NCBI GenBank assembly: GCA_963827235.1
Contig: CAWHAE010000009.1
Span: forward strand, 832,001-896,000
Direction: 5' to 3'
Source: an uncultured bacterium
GTDB taxonomy: Bacteria; Chloroflexota; UBA5177; JANWHV01
Length of the DNA stretch: 64,000 nucleotides
The stretch's first letter is position 1. Every line of letters starts with the position of its first letter. The position numbers were made by a program, and so were the translations under genes. The notes under the pieces are model-generated. The model was not told where the DNA came from and did no database searches. It was given only the letters and a program-made list of their open reading frames with translations. Shown in pieces: positions 38,703-49,300 of this stretch.

Positions 38703-40166
38703 ATGAGTACGATTACGCGCAAGGGCTTTATCGCCGGCACAGCGGCCACCGCGGCCGGCGCGGCGTTCGCAGGCAGCTCGTTCACCTGGTACAGGGGAAC
38801 GACGCTGGCCGAGCGGGCGCAAGCCGACTTGTGGAAGCAGTACAGCGGCGCGAAGCTCAACTTCATCTCGGAGAATACGAATCCGAGCACCGCGGCTGCC
38901 CACTATATGGGCGCGTTCACGGCGCTCACGGGCATCGACGTGAAGATCACGCAGACAGAGCTGGGCAACGTGGTGGAGAAGGTCGCTCTCGACATGGGGA
39001 GTGGCTCGGCCGCCTACCAGCTGATCTACGCGGATCCCTATCAGATCCTGGCGCCGTACTACAAGGGTCTGGTCGATCTCAGCACGTTTGTGAGCAACCC
39101 CAAGTTCCCGGCGGTCCCGGGGCCCGGCGGCATCAAGGACTTCATTCCCTCGCAGCTGGTGGGCTGCAGCTACTTCCTGGATCGGAAGCACATCTACACC
39201 TTCCCGTACGACTGCCCAACCATGATCTGGATCTACAGGAAGGACATCATCGCCAAGTACAAGAGCGCCTTCATGAAGGCCAACGGCTTCGACTGGACCC
39301 CCGGGCCGCACCTGACCTGGGAGCAGTACTACACGATGGCCGAGTGGATGAACAAGAACGTCCACGAAGTGAAGTACGGCACGGGTCACCAGGCCAAGGA
39401 GTATGACTCGCTGCAATGCGACTTCTCCAACGTGCTCTATGCCTACGGTGCGCAGTACTTCCCGGGTGAGCCCGATCCTGTGGACTCGATTGGCGTCCTG
39501 AAGGCGGGCAAGTGCCAGCTCACGTCGCCCCAGGCGCTCCAAGCGGCAGCCTTCTATCAGAAGCTGCTCAAGATCGCCCATCCCAGCAGCACGTCGTGGG
39601 ATTGGACCGATGTCTCTAACGCGTTCGAGGCCGGCGATATCGCCATGATGCCTGAGTGGCACGAGTTTGCTGCCTCGCTGGAAGATCCGAAGATGTCGAA
39701 GGTGGCAGGCAAGGTCGGCTACGCGGCACTGCCACGTGGGACGAAGCGGAGCTGCAATCTCTGGGGCGGCACGGGCATAGCCATCAACGCCAATGCCAGC
39801 GCCGACGAGCAGGGTGCGGCCTACCTGTTCATCCTCTGGGTCACCTCGCCGGATACCGAAGTCTTGGCCGCCGGCGGCACAGTAGGCGGTGAGACGCCCG
39901 TGCGGACGTCGGTCTACGCTCGGCCCGACATTCAGGCGGCGGAGAAGTCGTTCAGCCCGAAGTACCCGAACTTGGTATCCATGCAGGGCTGTCTACCGGC
40001 CTGGCTGCCGCAAAACGTGGGCTACCGGCCGAAAGTGGGCACCTGGCTCAAGTGCGATACTGTTATCTTCACAGAGCTGTCCAAGATGCTGGCCGGCCAG
40101 CAGTCGTCCGCGGCGGCCATGCAGAGTGCCGCCAAGCAATTCGACGCGGCAAACGGCGTCTCGTAG
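38703..40166 (+). CDS. Sugar/polyol ABC transporter solute-binding protein (Tat-like signal)
   Basis: TRKGFIAG signal; SBP family 1 features (FPYDCPTM, SKVAGKVGYA.LP, GGTGIAIN). Confidence 0.9.
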   Translation: MSTITRKGFIAGTAATAAGAAFAGSSFTWYRGTTLAERAQADLWKQYSGAKLNFISENTNPSTAAAHYMGAFTALTGIDVKITQTELGNVVEKVALDMGSGSAAYQLIYADPYQILAPYYKGLVDLSTFVSNPKFPAVPGPGGIKDFIPSQLVGCSYFLDRKHIYTFPYDCPTMIWIYRKDIIAKYKSAFMKANGFDWTPGPHLTWEQYYTMAEWMNKNVHEVKYGTGHQAKEYDSLQCDFSNVLYAYGAQYFPGEPDPVDSIGVLKAGKCQLTSPQALQAAAFYQKLLKIAHPSSTSWDWTDVSNAFEAGDIAMMPEWHEFAASLEDPKMSKVAGKVGYAALPRGTKRSCNLWGGTGIAINANASADEQGAAYLFILWVTSPDTEVLAAGGTVGGETPVRTSVYARPDIQAAEKSFSPKYPNLVSMQGCLPAWLPQNVGYRPKVGTWLKCDTVIFTELSKMLAGQQSSAAAMQSAAKQFDAANGVS

Positions 40167-40184
40167 CAGGTTAGGAAAGACATG

Positions 40185-40214
40185 CCGGGGCAGCACATTG
40201 TGCTGCCCCGGTTT
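40185..40214 (+). terminator. Intercistronic hairpin (12-bp stem)
   Basis: ccggggcagcac-att-gtgctgccccgg followed by ttt, between SBP and permease. Confidence 0.7.
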
Positions 40215-40241
40215 GCCGGTTGAACCGCGAGGGGATCACGT

Positions 40242-41213
40242 GTGAAGGAACCACCCATAGTACTCGCACCCGAGGCGCCGCCTAGTCGCCGTCAAGAAGC
40301 CGTCGTCTTCCGCAAGAAGCGCCGGCTGCGCCGGCCTTCGGCCGAATTCTGGATGCTATTGCCTGCTCTCGTGGTACTCGCGGCGCTGAGCATCTACCCG
40401 TTCTTCTATCTCATCTGGATGAGCCTGAACAACATCACTCTTGTCGGCGGCATCAGCTTCAGCTTCGTCGGGCTCGACAACTGGCGGACGCTGTTCTCGG
40501 ATTCGCAGGTGTGGAGCAGCTGGCTCACGACTGTGCAGTTCGTGGGCGCGACCCTGATCGTCGAGATGCTGCTCGGCATCTGCGTGGCTCTTGCCATTAC
40601 CGCGATGGGCGTTTTGCGCAACGTGGTGCTCACGCTGGTGATCCTGCCCATGTTCATGGCACCGATCGTGGTAGGGCTTCTCGGCCTCTTCCTGACCAAC
40701 TCCACGTACGGACTCTACTACTATTTTCTGAATAATCTCGGTTTCTTCAAGAACTCCGACATCCTGGGTAGCACGACCACGGCGTTGCCGGCAGTGGTGC
40801 TGATGGATGCCTGGGAGTGGACGCCGCTGATCATCCTGATCGTGGCGGCGGGCCTGAGCTCCCTGCCGAAAGAGCCTCTGGAGGCGGCTGCTGTCGACGG
40901 CGCCTCCTCATGGCAGCGTCTTTGGTTCGTGATCATGCCCATGCTCCGCTCGACCATTCTGGTTGCACTGCTCATCCGCTCGATGGACGCCATCCGGTAC
41001 TACGACATCATCTGGGTCACCACGGCGGGCGGGCCGGCAGACTCCACCAAGATCATTCCCATACGCCTCTACGAGCAGGCTTTCCGGTTCTTTAACCTCG
41101 GCTACGCATCGGCGATCGGTCTCAGCATGCTGGTCGTGACCATCATCCTGGGCAAGCTCTTCGTCGGGTTCATGACGAAAGGAGACGCCAATGTCGCTCG
41201 TGATGCCGCGTAA
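40242..41213 (+). CDS. Carbohydrate ABC transporter permease
   Basis: FVGLDNW, DAWEWTP, EAAAVDGAS (EAA loop). Confidence 0.93.
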   Translation: MKEPPIVLAPEAPPSRRQEAVVFRKKRRLRRPSAEFWMLLPALVVLAALSIYPFFYLIWMSLNNITLVGGISFSFVGLDNWRTLFSDSQVWSSWLTTVQFVGATLIVEMLLGICVALAITAMGVLRNVVLTLVILPMFMAPIVVGLLGLFLTNSTYGLYYYFLNNLGFFKNSDILGSTTTALPAVVLMDAWEWTPLIILIVAAGLSSLPKEPLEAAAVDGASSWQRLWFVIMPMLRSTILVALLIRSMDAIRYYDIIWVTTAGGPADSTKIIPIRLYEQAFRFFNLGYASAIGLSMLVVTIILGKLFVGFMTKGDANVARDAA

Positions 41214-42048
41214 GAGGCGCCTGAATGTGACGCTGCCACGTCTGGCTCTCTACCTGTTCGTCACAGTGTTCTTGCTCTGGACGATGGTACCGATCGTGTG
41301 GATGATCCTGTCCTCCTTCCGCACGCAGGTGAGCATGCTTTCCATGCCTCCCAAGCTATTCGTGCCTATCGACACAGGTTCGTACCACTACATGTTCTTC
41401 GGGGGCGGGGGCTTCGGGAATTACCTGCTGAATAGCGTGATCGCCTCCGGCGGCTCGACCATCATCTCCCTGACGTTCGGGGCTACCGGCGGCTTCGCCC
41501 TCGCTCGTGTGAACTGGAAGCGCAAGTCCGACCTGTCTTTCTGGATCATCAGCACGCGCATGGCGCCGATCGCGGCCGTAATCGTGCCTCTCTACATGAC
41601 CTTTCGCGAGCTCGGCCTCTTGAATTCGCTCATGGGCTTGATCGTGGCGTACTGCACATTCAACCTGCCGTTCGCCATCTGGATCATGCAGGCATTCTTC
41701 CGCGACCTGCCGAAAGAGCTCGAGGAATCAGCCAAGGTAGACGGCTGCTCGACCTTCGGCAGCTTTATCCGCGTGGCGCTGCCGCTCTCCGCGCCGGGCG
41801 TCGTGGCGACGGGCGTGCTGTGCCTGGTGTTCGCCTGGAACGATTTTGCCTTTGCCTCGACTTTTACCGGGGCCGACAGCCAGACCATACCGGTGGCCGC
41901 CTCGCAGTTGGTCACGCAGAATGGCGTAGTCTGGGGTCAGCTCATGGCCACGGGCACCGTCATCCTGGTACCGATGGTGATCTGCGGGGTGGCGATCCGC
42001 CGCTGGCTGGTGCGCGGCTTGACCATGGGTGCGATGAGCGGGCAATGA
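41191..42048 (+). CDS. Carbohydrate ABC transporter permease
   Basis: NSVIAS, ELEESAKVDGC, AWNDF, LVRGLTMGA. Confidence 0.93.
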   Translation: MSLVMPRKRRLNVTLPRLALYLFVTVFLLWTMVPIVWMILSSFRTQVSMLSMPPKLFVPIDTGSYHYMFFGGGGFGNYLLNSVIASGGSTIISLTFGATGGFALARVNWKRKSDLSFWIISTRMAPIAAVIVPLYMTFRELGLLNSLMGLIVAYCTFNLPFAIWIMQAFFRDLPKELEESAKVDGCSTFGSFIRVALPLSAPGVVATGVLCLVFAWNDFAFASTFTGADSQTIPVAASQLVTQNGVVWGQLMATGTVILVPMVICGVAIRRWLVRGLTMGAMSGQ

Positions 42049-42099
42049 TGTGGGACCACTGGGCAGATCACGGCGATGGCCGGTTGGAAAGGACTGAAG

Positions 42100-43137
42100 A
42101 TGACTTCTCTGGTACTTGAGCGAGCGCACGTGTTGAAGCTGCGAGATATCGACGTGCCGTCGACGCTGGGCCCGAACGACGTGCGCATCAAAATGCATAC
42201 GGTGGGAATCTGCGGCAGCGACGTCCACTACTACGAGCACGGCGCGATCGGCCAGTTCGTCGTCCGCGAGCCCATGGTGCTGGGCCACGAGGGCTCGGGC
42301 ACGGTGGTGGAAGTGGGCGGAGCAGTGCGCACACTGCAGGCCGGCGATCGAGTGTGCATGGAGCCGGGCATTCCCGACCCGAACAGCAGGGCTTCACGAC
42401 TTGGCCTGTACAACCTGGATCCTGCCGTGCGCTTCTGGGCCACGCCGCCGGTACATGGCTGCCTGACGCCCTTTGTGGTGCATCCGGCCGCATTCACCTA
42501 CAAGCTGCCCGACCAGGTCAGCTATCCCGAAGGAGCGATGGTCGAGCCGCTGGCCGTGGGCATGCACGCGGCGACCAAGGCCCAGATCAAGCCGGGTGAG
42601 CTCGCGGTGGTGTTGGGTGCGGGGACGATCGGCATGGTGACCGCGTTGGCGGCACTGGCTGCCGGCTGCGGCCGCGTAATCATCACGGACATCGAGCAGC
42701 CGAAGCTCGACCTGGCGGCACGGCTGGGGCCGATCACGCCGGTCAACGTTCGGGAGCAATCCCTGGCGCCGGTGGTGGAGGAGCTGACCGACGGATGGGG
42801 AGCGGACGTCGTCTTCGAGTGCAGCGGGAACGTGCGCGCCGCCGCCGCGGCCATCGAGCCCTTGTGTCCCGGCGGACGCATTGTATACATCGGCATGCCG
42901 GGCGAGCCCATCCCGTTCGACGTGGTTGCGGCTGCTGCCAAGGAGGCACGTGTAGAGACCGTCTTCCGCTATGCGCACGTCTATCCGCGGGCCGTGGCAC
43001 TGTTGGCAGGCGGGAGGATCGACGTCAAGCCGCTGCTGACGGACCAGTTCGCCTTCGAGCGAAGCATCGAAGCCTTTGAGTTCGCGGCGCACATGCCGCC
43101 GAGCTCGGTGAAGGTCTCCATCACGCTGCCGCAGTGA
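42100..43137 (+). CDS. Zn-dependent polyol (xylitol/sorbitol) dehydrogenase
   Basis: [41 protein letters not shown]. Confidence 0.92.
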   Translation: MTSLVLERAHVLKLRDIDVPSTLGPNDVRIKMHTVGICGSDVHYYEHGAIGQFVVREPMVLGHEGSGTVVEVGGAVRTLQAGDRVCMEPGIPDPNSRASRLGLYNLDPAVRFWATPPVHGCLTPFVVHPAAFTYKLPDQVSYPEGAMVEPLAVGMHAATKAQIKPGELAVVLGAGTIGMVTALAALAAGCGRVIITDIEQPKLDLAARLGPITPVNVREQSLAPVVEELTDGWGADVVFECSGNVRAAAAAIEPLCPGGRIVYIGMPGEPIPFDVVAAAAKEARVETVFRYAHVYPRAVALLAGGRIDVKPLLTDQFAFERSIEAFEFAAHMPPSSVKVSITLPQ

Positions 43138-43222
43138 TGCGAAAGCACGCTGCCGCGAGAATCTGGACCATCTCTCGAGCGGGCGTTGGGGCGTCGATCA
43201 GGCCTGGTATGTCGCCGGCAGG

Positions 43223-44725
43223 CTACGAGTCCGAGCCTGCTCCATCCAGCCAGGCCTGGTAGGCGGCATCGTAGTGTTCGCGATCGACCGGGTTGGGCAG
43301 AACGGTGGTGTGCCTGGCTAGATCGTGGCCGGCAGTAGCGACGTCCGCGGCGTAACCCGCACCTACCCAGGCACAGGCCGCTGCTCCAAGCGCCGCCGCC
43401 TCCGGCGCGCCTACGAGCAGCGGGATGCCCAGCACGTCTGCGACGATTTCGCGCCACAGCTTGCTGCGCGTCTGGCCACCGCCCACAAAGAGGGTCGAGA
43501 CGGCGGCACCGGTTACCTGCTGCAAGAGGCCGACATTGTAGCGCATCACAAAGGCGATATTCTCCAAGGTGGCGCGTGTGATCGCGGCGCGCGCCTTGGC
43601 CGCCGGCTCGCCGATCGGTACTCCCCGCAGGTCTCCAGTCCGCTGCACGATGTCGCGGCGGCGCAGGTCCGCTGCGCTGCCGCCAAGATAGGCGCGCAGG
43701 CCGGCGGTGCCGATCGGCGCCGTTCGTGCGGATCGATCCATGTCGTCGAACGTGGTTGGTCCCGCCTCCTCGCCATCGCGCGCCCACAGTAGATCGCGGA
43801 GCCAGCGGTAGCTCAGGCCGGTCGCGCCGGCATTGGCTTCCACGACCCACAGGCCGGGCACGACGTGACAGCGCGTCCACGTCCTCTCCTTGGCATCAAG
43901 GCGTGGCTCGGCAACTGTGAGCAGAATGGGTGTCGTCGTGCCTGCGATTGCTCCGGCCTGTGCCGGCTCGACTGCGCCCAGGCCGACCATACCGCACTGC
44001 CCATCGCCACCGCCGAGGACGATGGGCGTGCCGGGCATCAGGCCGAGACCCTCGGCCGCCGGACGCGACAATCCACCTACTACCCGACCGGCAACGCCCA
44101 CGCTGGGGAGGATATGCGCCGGTACGCCCGCGAGGTCGCAGATAGAGTCCGACCAGGTGCAACGCCTGATGTCAAACAGCAGGCTGGCCGAGGCGCTCGA
44201 AGGCTCGATGACCGCCTCGCCGCTCATCTTGTAGCAGAGCCAGCTATCGACCATGAACAGCTTCTGAACGGAATCGAACAGCGACGGCTCGTGGATCCGA
44301 AGCCAGCGCAGCCGTCCGGGGGCGTGCACCGCGTTCAGTCTCTGGCCGCTGGTCTCATAGATCAGCTTCCCATGGGTGGCGGCGAGTGCTTCGTTCTCCG
44401 CACTGCCACGCGCATCCATTGACGAGGCGGCGTGCAGCACGCGTCCATGGGCGCCGGTCAGGATCAGCGCTTCCCGTTGGCTGGTTGCGCTGATGGCGCG
44501 AACGGCTTGGGCACTGATGCCGCCCGATGCCATGGCACCTCGCGTGGCAATGCACAGATCAGACCACAACGCCTCGGCGTCGAAGACGCTGCTGCCGGGA
44601 ACGCTGGGCAAAGAGGTGTACGACCACTCGCGGTAGACCGAGGCGACGGCACGCCCGGATAGGTCACATACGAGACTGCGTCCGCCGCCAATACCCGCGT
44701 CGAGCGCAATAACGCACTCTTCCAT
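43223..44725 (-). CDS. FGGY carbohydrate kinase (LsrK/xylulokinase-like)
   Basis: ALDAGIGGGR, SATSQRE, GGGDGQCG, GGGQTRSKLW..IVADVLG. Confidence 0.9.
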   Translation of the reverse strand: MEECVIALDAGIGGGRSLVCDLSGRAVASVYREWSYTSLPSVPGSSVFDAEALWSDLCIATRGAMASGGISAQAVRAISATSQREALILTGAHGRVLHAASSMDARGSAENEALAATHGKLIYETSGQRLNAVHAPGRLRWLRIHEPSLFDSVQKLFMVDSWLCYKMSGEAVIEPSSASASLLFDIRRCTWSDSICDLAGVPAHILPSVGVAGRVVGGLSRPAAEGLGLMPGTPIVLGGGDGQCGMVGLGAVEPAQAGAIAGTTTPILLTVAEPRLDAKERTWTRCHVVPGLWVVEANAGATGLSYRWLRDLLWARDGEEAGPTTFDDMDRSARTAPIGTAGLRAYLGGSAADLRRRDIVQRTGDLRGVPIGEPAAKARAAITRATLENIAFVMRYNVGLLQQVTGAAVSTLFVGGGQTRSKLWREIVADVLGIPLLVGAPEAAALGAAACAWVGAGYAADVATAGHDLARHTTVLPNPVDREHYDAAYQAWLDGAGSDS

Positions 44726-44970
44726 TCGTGCGCCCCTCCTGCCACGGTAGCCCTATTGTGCCGCCTGCGCGCGGGCCCTAGCCGCTGAGACGGCCGATGA
44801 TATAGGGCCATCGGTGCATCGTACGAGCCCATTCTGCCGAATCGCCAGGATCGGCGCGACCTCGGTCGAGCATTCCCTATGCTACCACAGCAACTCAAGG
44901 GCCGGAGCGCAGGCGAGAGCACCAGGTGCACCCGTGACTGTTACATAATGCCCAGATGACTGTGCATTCT

Positions 44971-45000
44971 TTGACAGGCGGAGCGGTCAGTGTCTATCAT
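44971..45000 (+). promoter_or_regulatory. Sigma70 promoter TTGACA-18-TATCAT
   Basis: Upstream of the second DeoR; shares TTGACAGGC and an upstream tgtgc with the 37572 promoter. Confidence 0.65.
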
Positions 45001-45119
45001 AGGGCCGTGCTTGGCGAAGCGGTGCCTGTGGGTGACGGCGGCCGCAGGCGGCTGCTGCTGTCGGCTCGCACAGGGGCCCGCATCCGGCGCCTGCCGGCCC
45101 GGCTTCGTGGAGGAGATAG

Positions 45120-45938
45120 ATGCTTACGCCGAATGAACGGCGAGCGCGCATCATCGATCTGTTCGAGCGCCGGCCTTACTACAGCACCCTCGAGCTCAGC
45201 ACGCTGCTGCACACCTCACGAATGAGCGTGCGCCGCGATCTCCAGGGATTGGCGGGGGAAGGCGTTGTCAGTCTGGTACATGGCGGGGCCCAGCTCAACG
45301 TCAGCTCAACGATCGAGCGCGATATGCTGGGACGCAGCCAAGAGAATCGCCTCGAAAAGGAAGCGATTGGCTCCTTCGCCGCCGGCATGATCGGGTCCGG
45401 CGAGGAGATCGGCGTTGACGGGGGGAGCACCACCCTGGAGGTCGTGCGCCATATCGAACCCGGCTGCGGCCTGACCGTGGCGACGCACTCATTGCCCGTG
45501 ATGATGGAACTCGCCGGCCGGAAAGACATTACGCTCTTCGCGCTCGGAGGCACTCTACACCACGGCCATCTCGTGTTCACGGGTCCGACGGTGATCGCCA
45601 TGCTGGCCACCGTCCACCTTTCGACTCTGATACTCGGCACGAGCGGCATCGACGCCGAGGGCGGGCTGAGCTGCGGAGAAATCGCAGACGCAGAGACCAA
45701 GCGGGCGTTGATCCACGCCGCGGACCGCGTCATCGTGGTTGCCGACCATAGCAAGATCGGCCGCAGGCGATTGGCTATCGTCGCCTCGCTGAAGCCCGGC
45801 TACGTGCTGGTGACGGATTCGGGCGTGCGAGATGCCGACCGCGAGCGTTTGAGCCGGCTCGGCGTCGACGTGCGCGTCGTCGCGTGCGCCGCCGGTGAGC
45901 CTTCCGACGCAGGCCCCGCGCGACGCATCTCCTCATAG
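45120..45938 (+). CDS. DeoR/GlpR family transcriptional regulator (paralogue)
   Basis: MSVRRDL, VHGGA, DGGSTT, VADHSKIG. Confidence 0.93.
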   Translation: MLTPNERRARIIDLFERRPYYSTLELSTLLHTSRMSVRRDLQGLAGEGVVSLVHGGAQLNVSSTIERDMLGRSQENRLEKEAIGSFAAGMIGSGEEIGVDGGSTTLEVVRHIEPGCGLTVATHSLPVMMELAGRKDITLFALGGTLHHGHLVFTGPTVIAMLATVHLSTLILGTSGIDAEGGLSCGEIADAETKRALIHAADRVIVVADHSKIGRRRLAIVASLKPGYVLVTDSGVRDADRERLSRLGVDVRVVACAAGEPSDAGPARRISS

Positions 45939-46347
45939 ACTGCATGCGCGATCGCGACCTATGCATCCTGCCTGATGCACGTACGGCGTACGCCACTGCC
46001 GGACCGAGCACGTGACCGGAGCTTCCAGTCTGGAGGGATCGTGACCGTTCTCTGGACCCGCCGGCCGGACCATTCGATAAGGCGCACGCTCCGCAGCCGC
46101 TCAGGTGGCCCTTTCTCCTGAGAAAGGTGTCTCGCCGTGTAGTGGCGGGCCTTCCATTGTAGGGCATTTTTGGCGCGATTTGAAGGCTATACAGGCTGTC
46201 CACTTAGGGGTATTCTGAGGCATGGCCCAGGCCGGTGTCTTCGCACCGCGAAGTTGTGGCAGGATTCGCGGCGCGTAGGCTCGTCGTGCCGTGATCGCAT
46301 GGTGCCGGTGTAGAGCCGGCAGCCGTCAGAGTATCTGGAGGCGTGGA

Positions 46348-49300
46348 ATGCACCGTGCAATCCTCGATCTTGCAGCCCTGCGAGCGTCTCGTACCCACCC
46401 GGCCGGAGACTCCGCGGGACTCGCCTGTGACGACTTCAGCCTCACGCGGCGCAAGGCGCTTGGCCTGGCCGGCATCGCCGCGGCAGGTATCTCCCCGGCC
46501 CTTCGAGCGGTGGAAGGAAGTATTTTCGGCACCTTTGACCTGGTACGGAGCGGCAAGGGGCGAATCGCCTTCGTCTACGGCGGGGAAGAGCGATGGGTGA
46601 TCGATACGCGGCGCTTCTCGGGATCGCCTGTGCTGCACGTGGAACAGAGCGCGGATCGCATCCTGCTCGACCTACATGGTGCCTTTTACCCCGGAACGGA
46701 CTTCGCTGCCGACCTGCAGGCAGATATTCGTCGCGGTAGCGGCGGCTGGCATATCTGGCTGAAGTTGGTGGCCGGCGGGTTCTCTGCGGATGGTCCCTTC
46801 GTGCCCTGGCTGGCCGGCCTGGACAGTCTTCGCTCTCGCGTCCGCCTCTCCGGCGCGCCGATCCAGCTCGATCCGGCGACATCCCTGATCGTGACCGGCT
46901 TCGCGCAAGCGACGTATACACCCGACTGGGTAACCACGCTTCGCGGGAAGGGCGTTGCCAGCCTGCGCGGGCTGGGCTCTCCGCTGGTCTCCGATGTCTT
47001 GCGCCTTGCGCTACCGACGGCAGCCGAAACCGGCCTGCTGCGTGGGGCGGCGAAGCACACGCTTCTGCTGCTGCAGCGCGGTGACCGCACCTGGATGTTG
47101 AAGCCCGCGTTTCAGCCCGCCGCGCGGTGGCGGCTCAGCATCCCTGCGAAGGCGTTTGACTCTATCGTGATCGATCTGGGTGAAGATAGCGCCCACGGCC
47201 GCATCTCGGCACTCGTCGCCGAGGCGGGCGAGCCTATCGCCTTCATGCCGCACACCGGCTTCCTGGACGCGTCAGGGGGTGCGGTCGCGCTACCGCTGAG
47301 CGGGGCACGCTACGCCATAGCCTTCAATGCCGGCGGCAATCAGCACGCCCTGGTGGCGCGGTTCGCCGAGCAGTCGACGTGGGTGCAGGTGGGAACCGGC
47401 GCGGTGCAAGTGGGGAGCCAGCCCGGCACGCTGCCGTTCGAGATCCACGCGCGTGGCTCGACGGTGACGGCGGTCCGCTGCACGCCGGCCGTGCTGCAAG
47501 TCTCGCTGCCGGTCGCCGGCGCCGTGGCGGCGCCAACGAAGCTTAGCGCACCGGTGCACCTTGCCTTCGTGACCAAGGGTTTGGAGCGGCCGGGCACGGA
47601 TCACGCGGCGCAGATCGTGCTGACCGACCATCCGGCGAGCTCCTTCCAGCGCTTTACGCTGATCAACCCGCAGATCTCCGTCGTACGACCGGCCGACCTG
47701 ATGGCGATGACCTTCGAGTTCATCAACATGAAGATCGACGTCTCTGCGACGAACAAGCCGCCGCAAGCGGTGCCGCGCAGCGCCAAGCTGAAGCCCTACC
47801 TTGCCGTGCACTTTCAGGGCCAGAATATCGCCGAGCAGGCGTTCTTTCAAGTGGAGCAGCAGGGCGTGGCGGTGCCGACGCGGCCCTATCCGGGCTCCAG
47901 CGGCGTGACTGACCCAGACGCGGGGTCCACGAGCAAGGAGTTCCCGGACGGTGCGCCCTACTCTCCGGTGGGCGCCCGCCTGGCCGGCGACAGCCGGCTG
48001 GTGTTCTCACTGCCGGCAGGCGTGAAGAGCCTGGCTCTGACGTTGGACGATCTGCTGGATTGGTCGAAGTTCACGCCCAGCGTGCCGCCCACGGCTTTGC
48101 CGGCCGGAGGCTACACGAAGTCGAAGATCGCGGCGCCGCTGTCGACCGAGACCTCCCTGGAGATACCGTGGCGTCTCAGCATCTCGCCGAACGTGTTTTC
48201 GGGGTGGGTGCATGCGTTCAGGCCGGTGACGCACAACGGCTGGACAGAACTGTGGCACACACGCTTGGGCGTGAAGGTCACGCTGCCAAAGTCAGCATAT
48301 TCGCCAAGCCGGACCTTTCTTGTGGATACGCATTATGCCTACGAGGCGAGCGACACGTCCGTGGGGCGAACGTACGGTGTGACCATCGACGCCTACGTGG
48401 GCGGGCAGCCCTTCGACCTCCTCCAGGCCTGGCGGACGATCCGCGCCTCGTGGTCGCAAGACTACCTGCCGAACTACAACTACTCGAACGCCCTGGGCGA
48501 GAACGTGCCGTTTCGCATGTCGCTGAGCGGGCGGGATCGCATGCAGATCGTGATCCTGACCTCGGACTTCAGCAAGGCGGTACCACCGGCTGCGAAGGTC
48601 GCGATCCCCTTGCCGTTGGTGCCCAGGCAGATCGTTATTCTTCCCAAGGGGATCGAGACCGAGCCCGCCGCGTTCATCCCACCATCGCACTACAATCCCT
48701 TGCCGGTGCAGGTTGACCGCTTAATGCTGTCTACGCTCGGCGCCTGGGTGGACATGCGTGGGGCCTGGCCTCTTGCCGTCAACCTGGGTATCCCACTCGT
48801 GGAGTGGCGGCACCGGGGGACGCAGGGCCGCGACAATTACGTGCGCGTGGTCTACAAGGGATACCTGTTCCCCTTCGGCCATTCCGCCTCGCTGGTCAAG
48901 GTCACGGAGCGCAAGTTCTTCTACCAGAACGGGCGCAATGTCGCGTACCTCTTCCAGCGTATGTTCATCGTCGTGCGTGAGCCGATCAAGCTGTTCGGCA
49001 ACACCGGCATCTTGATGCCGTTGGCGCAGCCCGGGCACCAGGGCTCCATCGACAATGCCATGCCTTTCAAGCAGGTGGAGATCACCACCAAGACCACACC
49101 GGATCTCGATCCGCCGGACGGCAAGAGCATCCTGCCGCTCGGCCCCCACCTGACGAAGAGCCAGGGCCTCGATTCGACACAGGGGTTTCTGGATCAGGAC
49201 GATTTCTGGCCGCAGGTCGGCGGCACGGACTTCCAGTTCCACCTGATCGGGCAGGACACTGCCGGCCAGCGGACGGAGTTCACGTCGCCACTAGCCTTCA

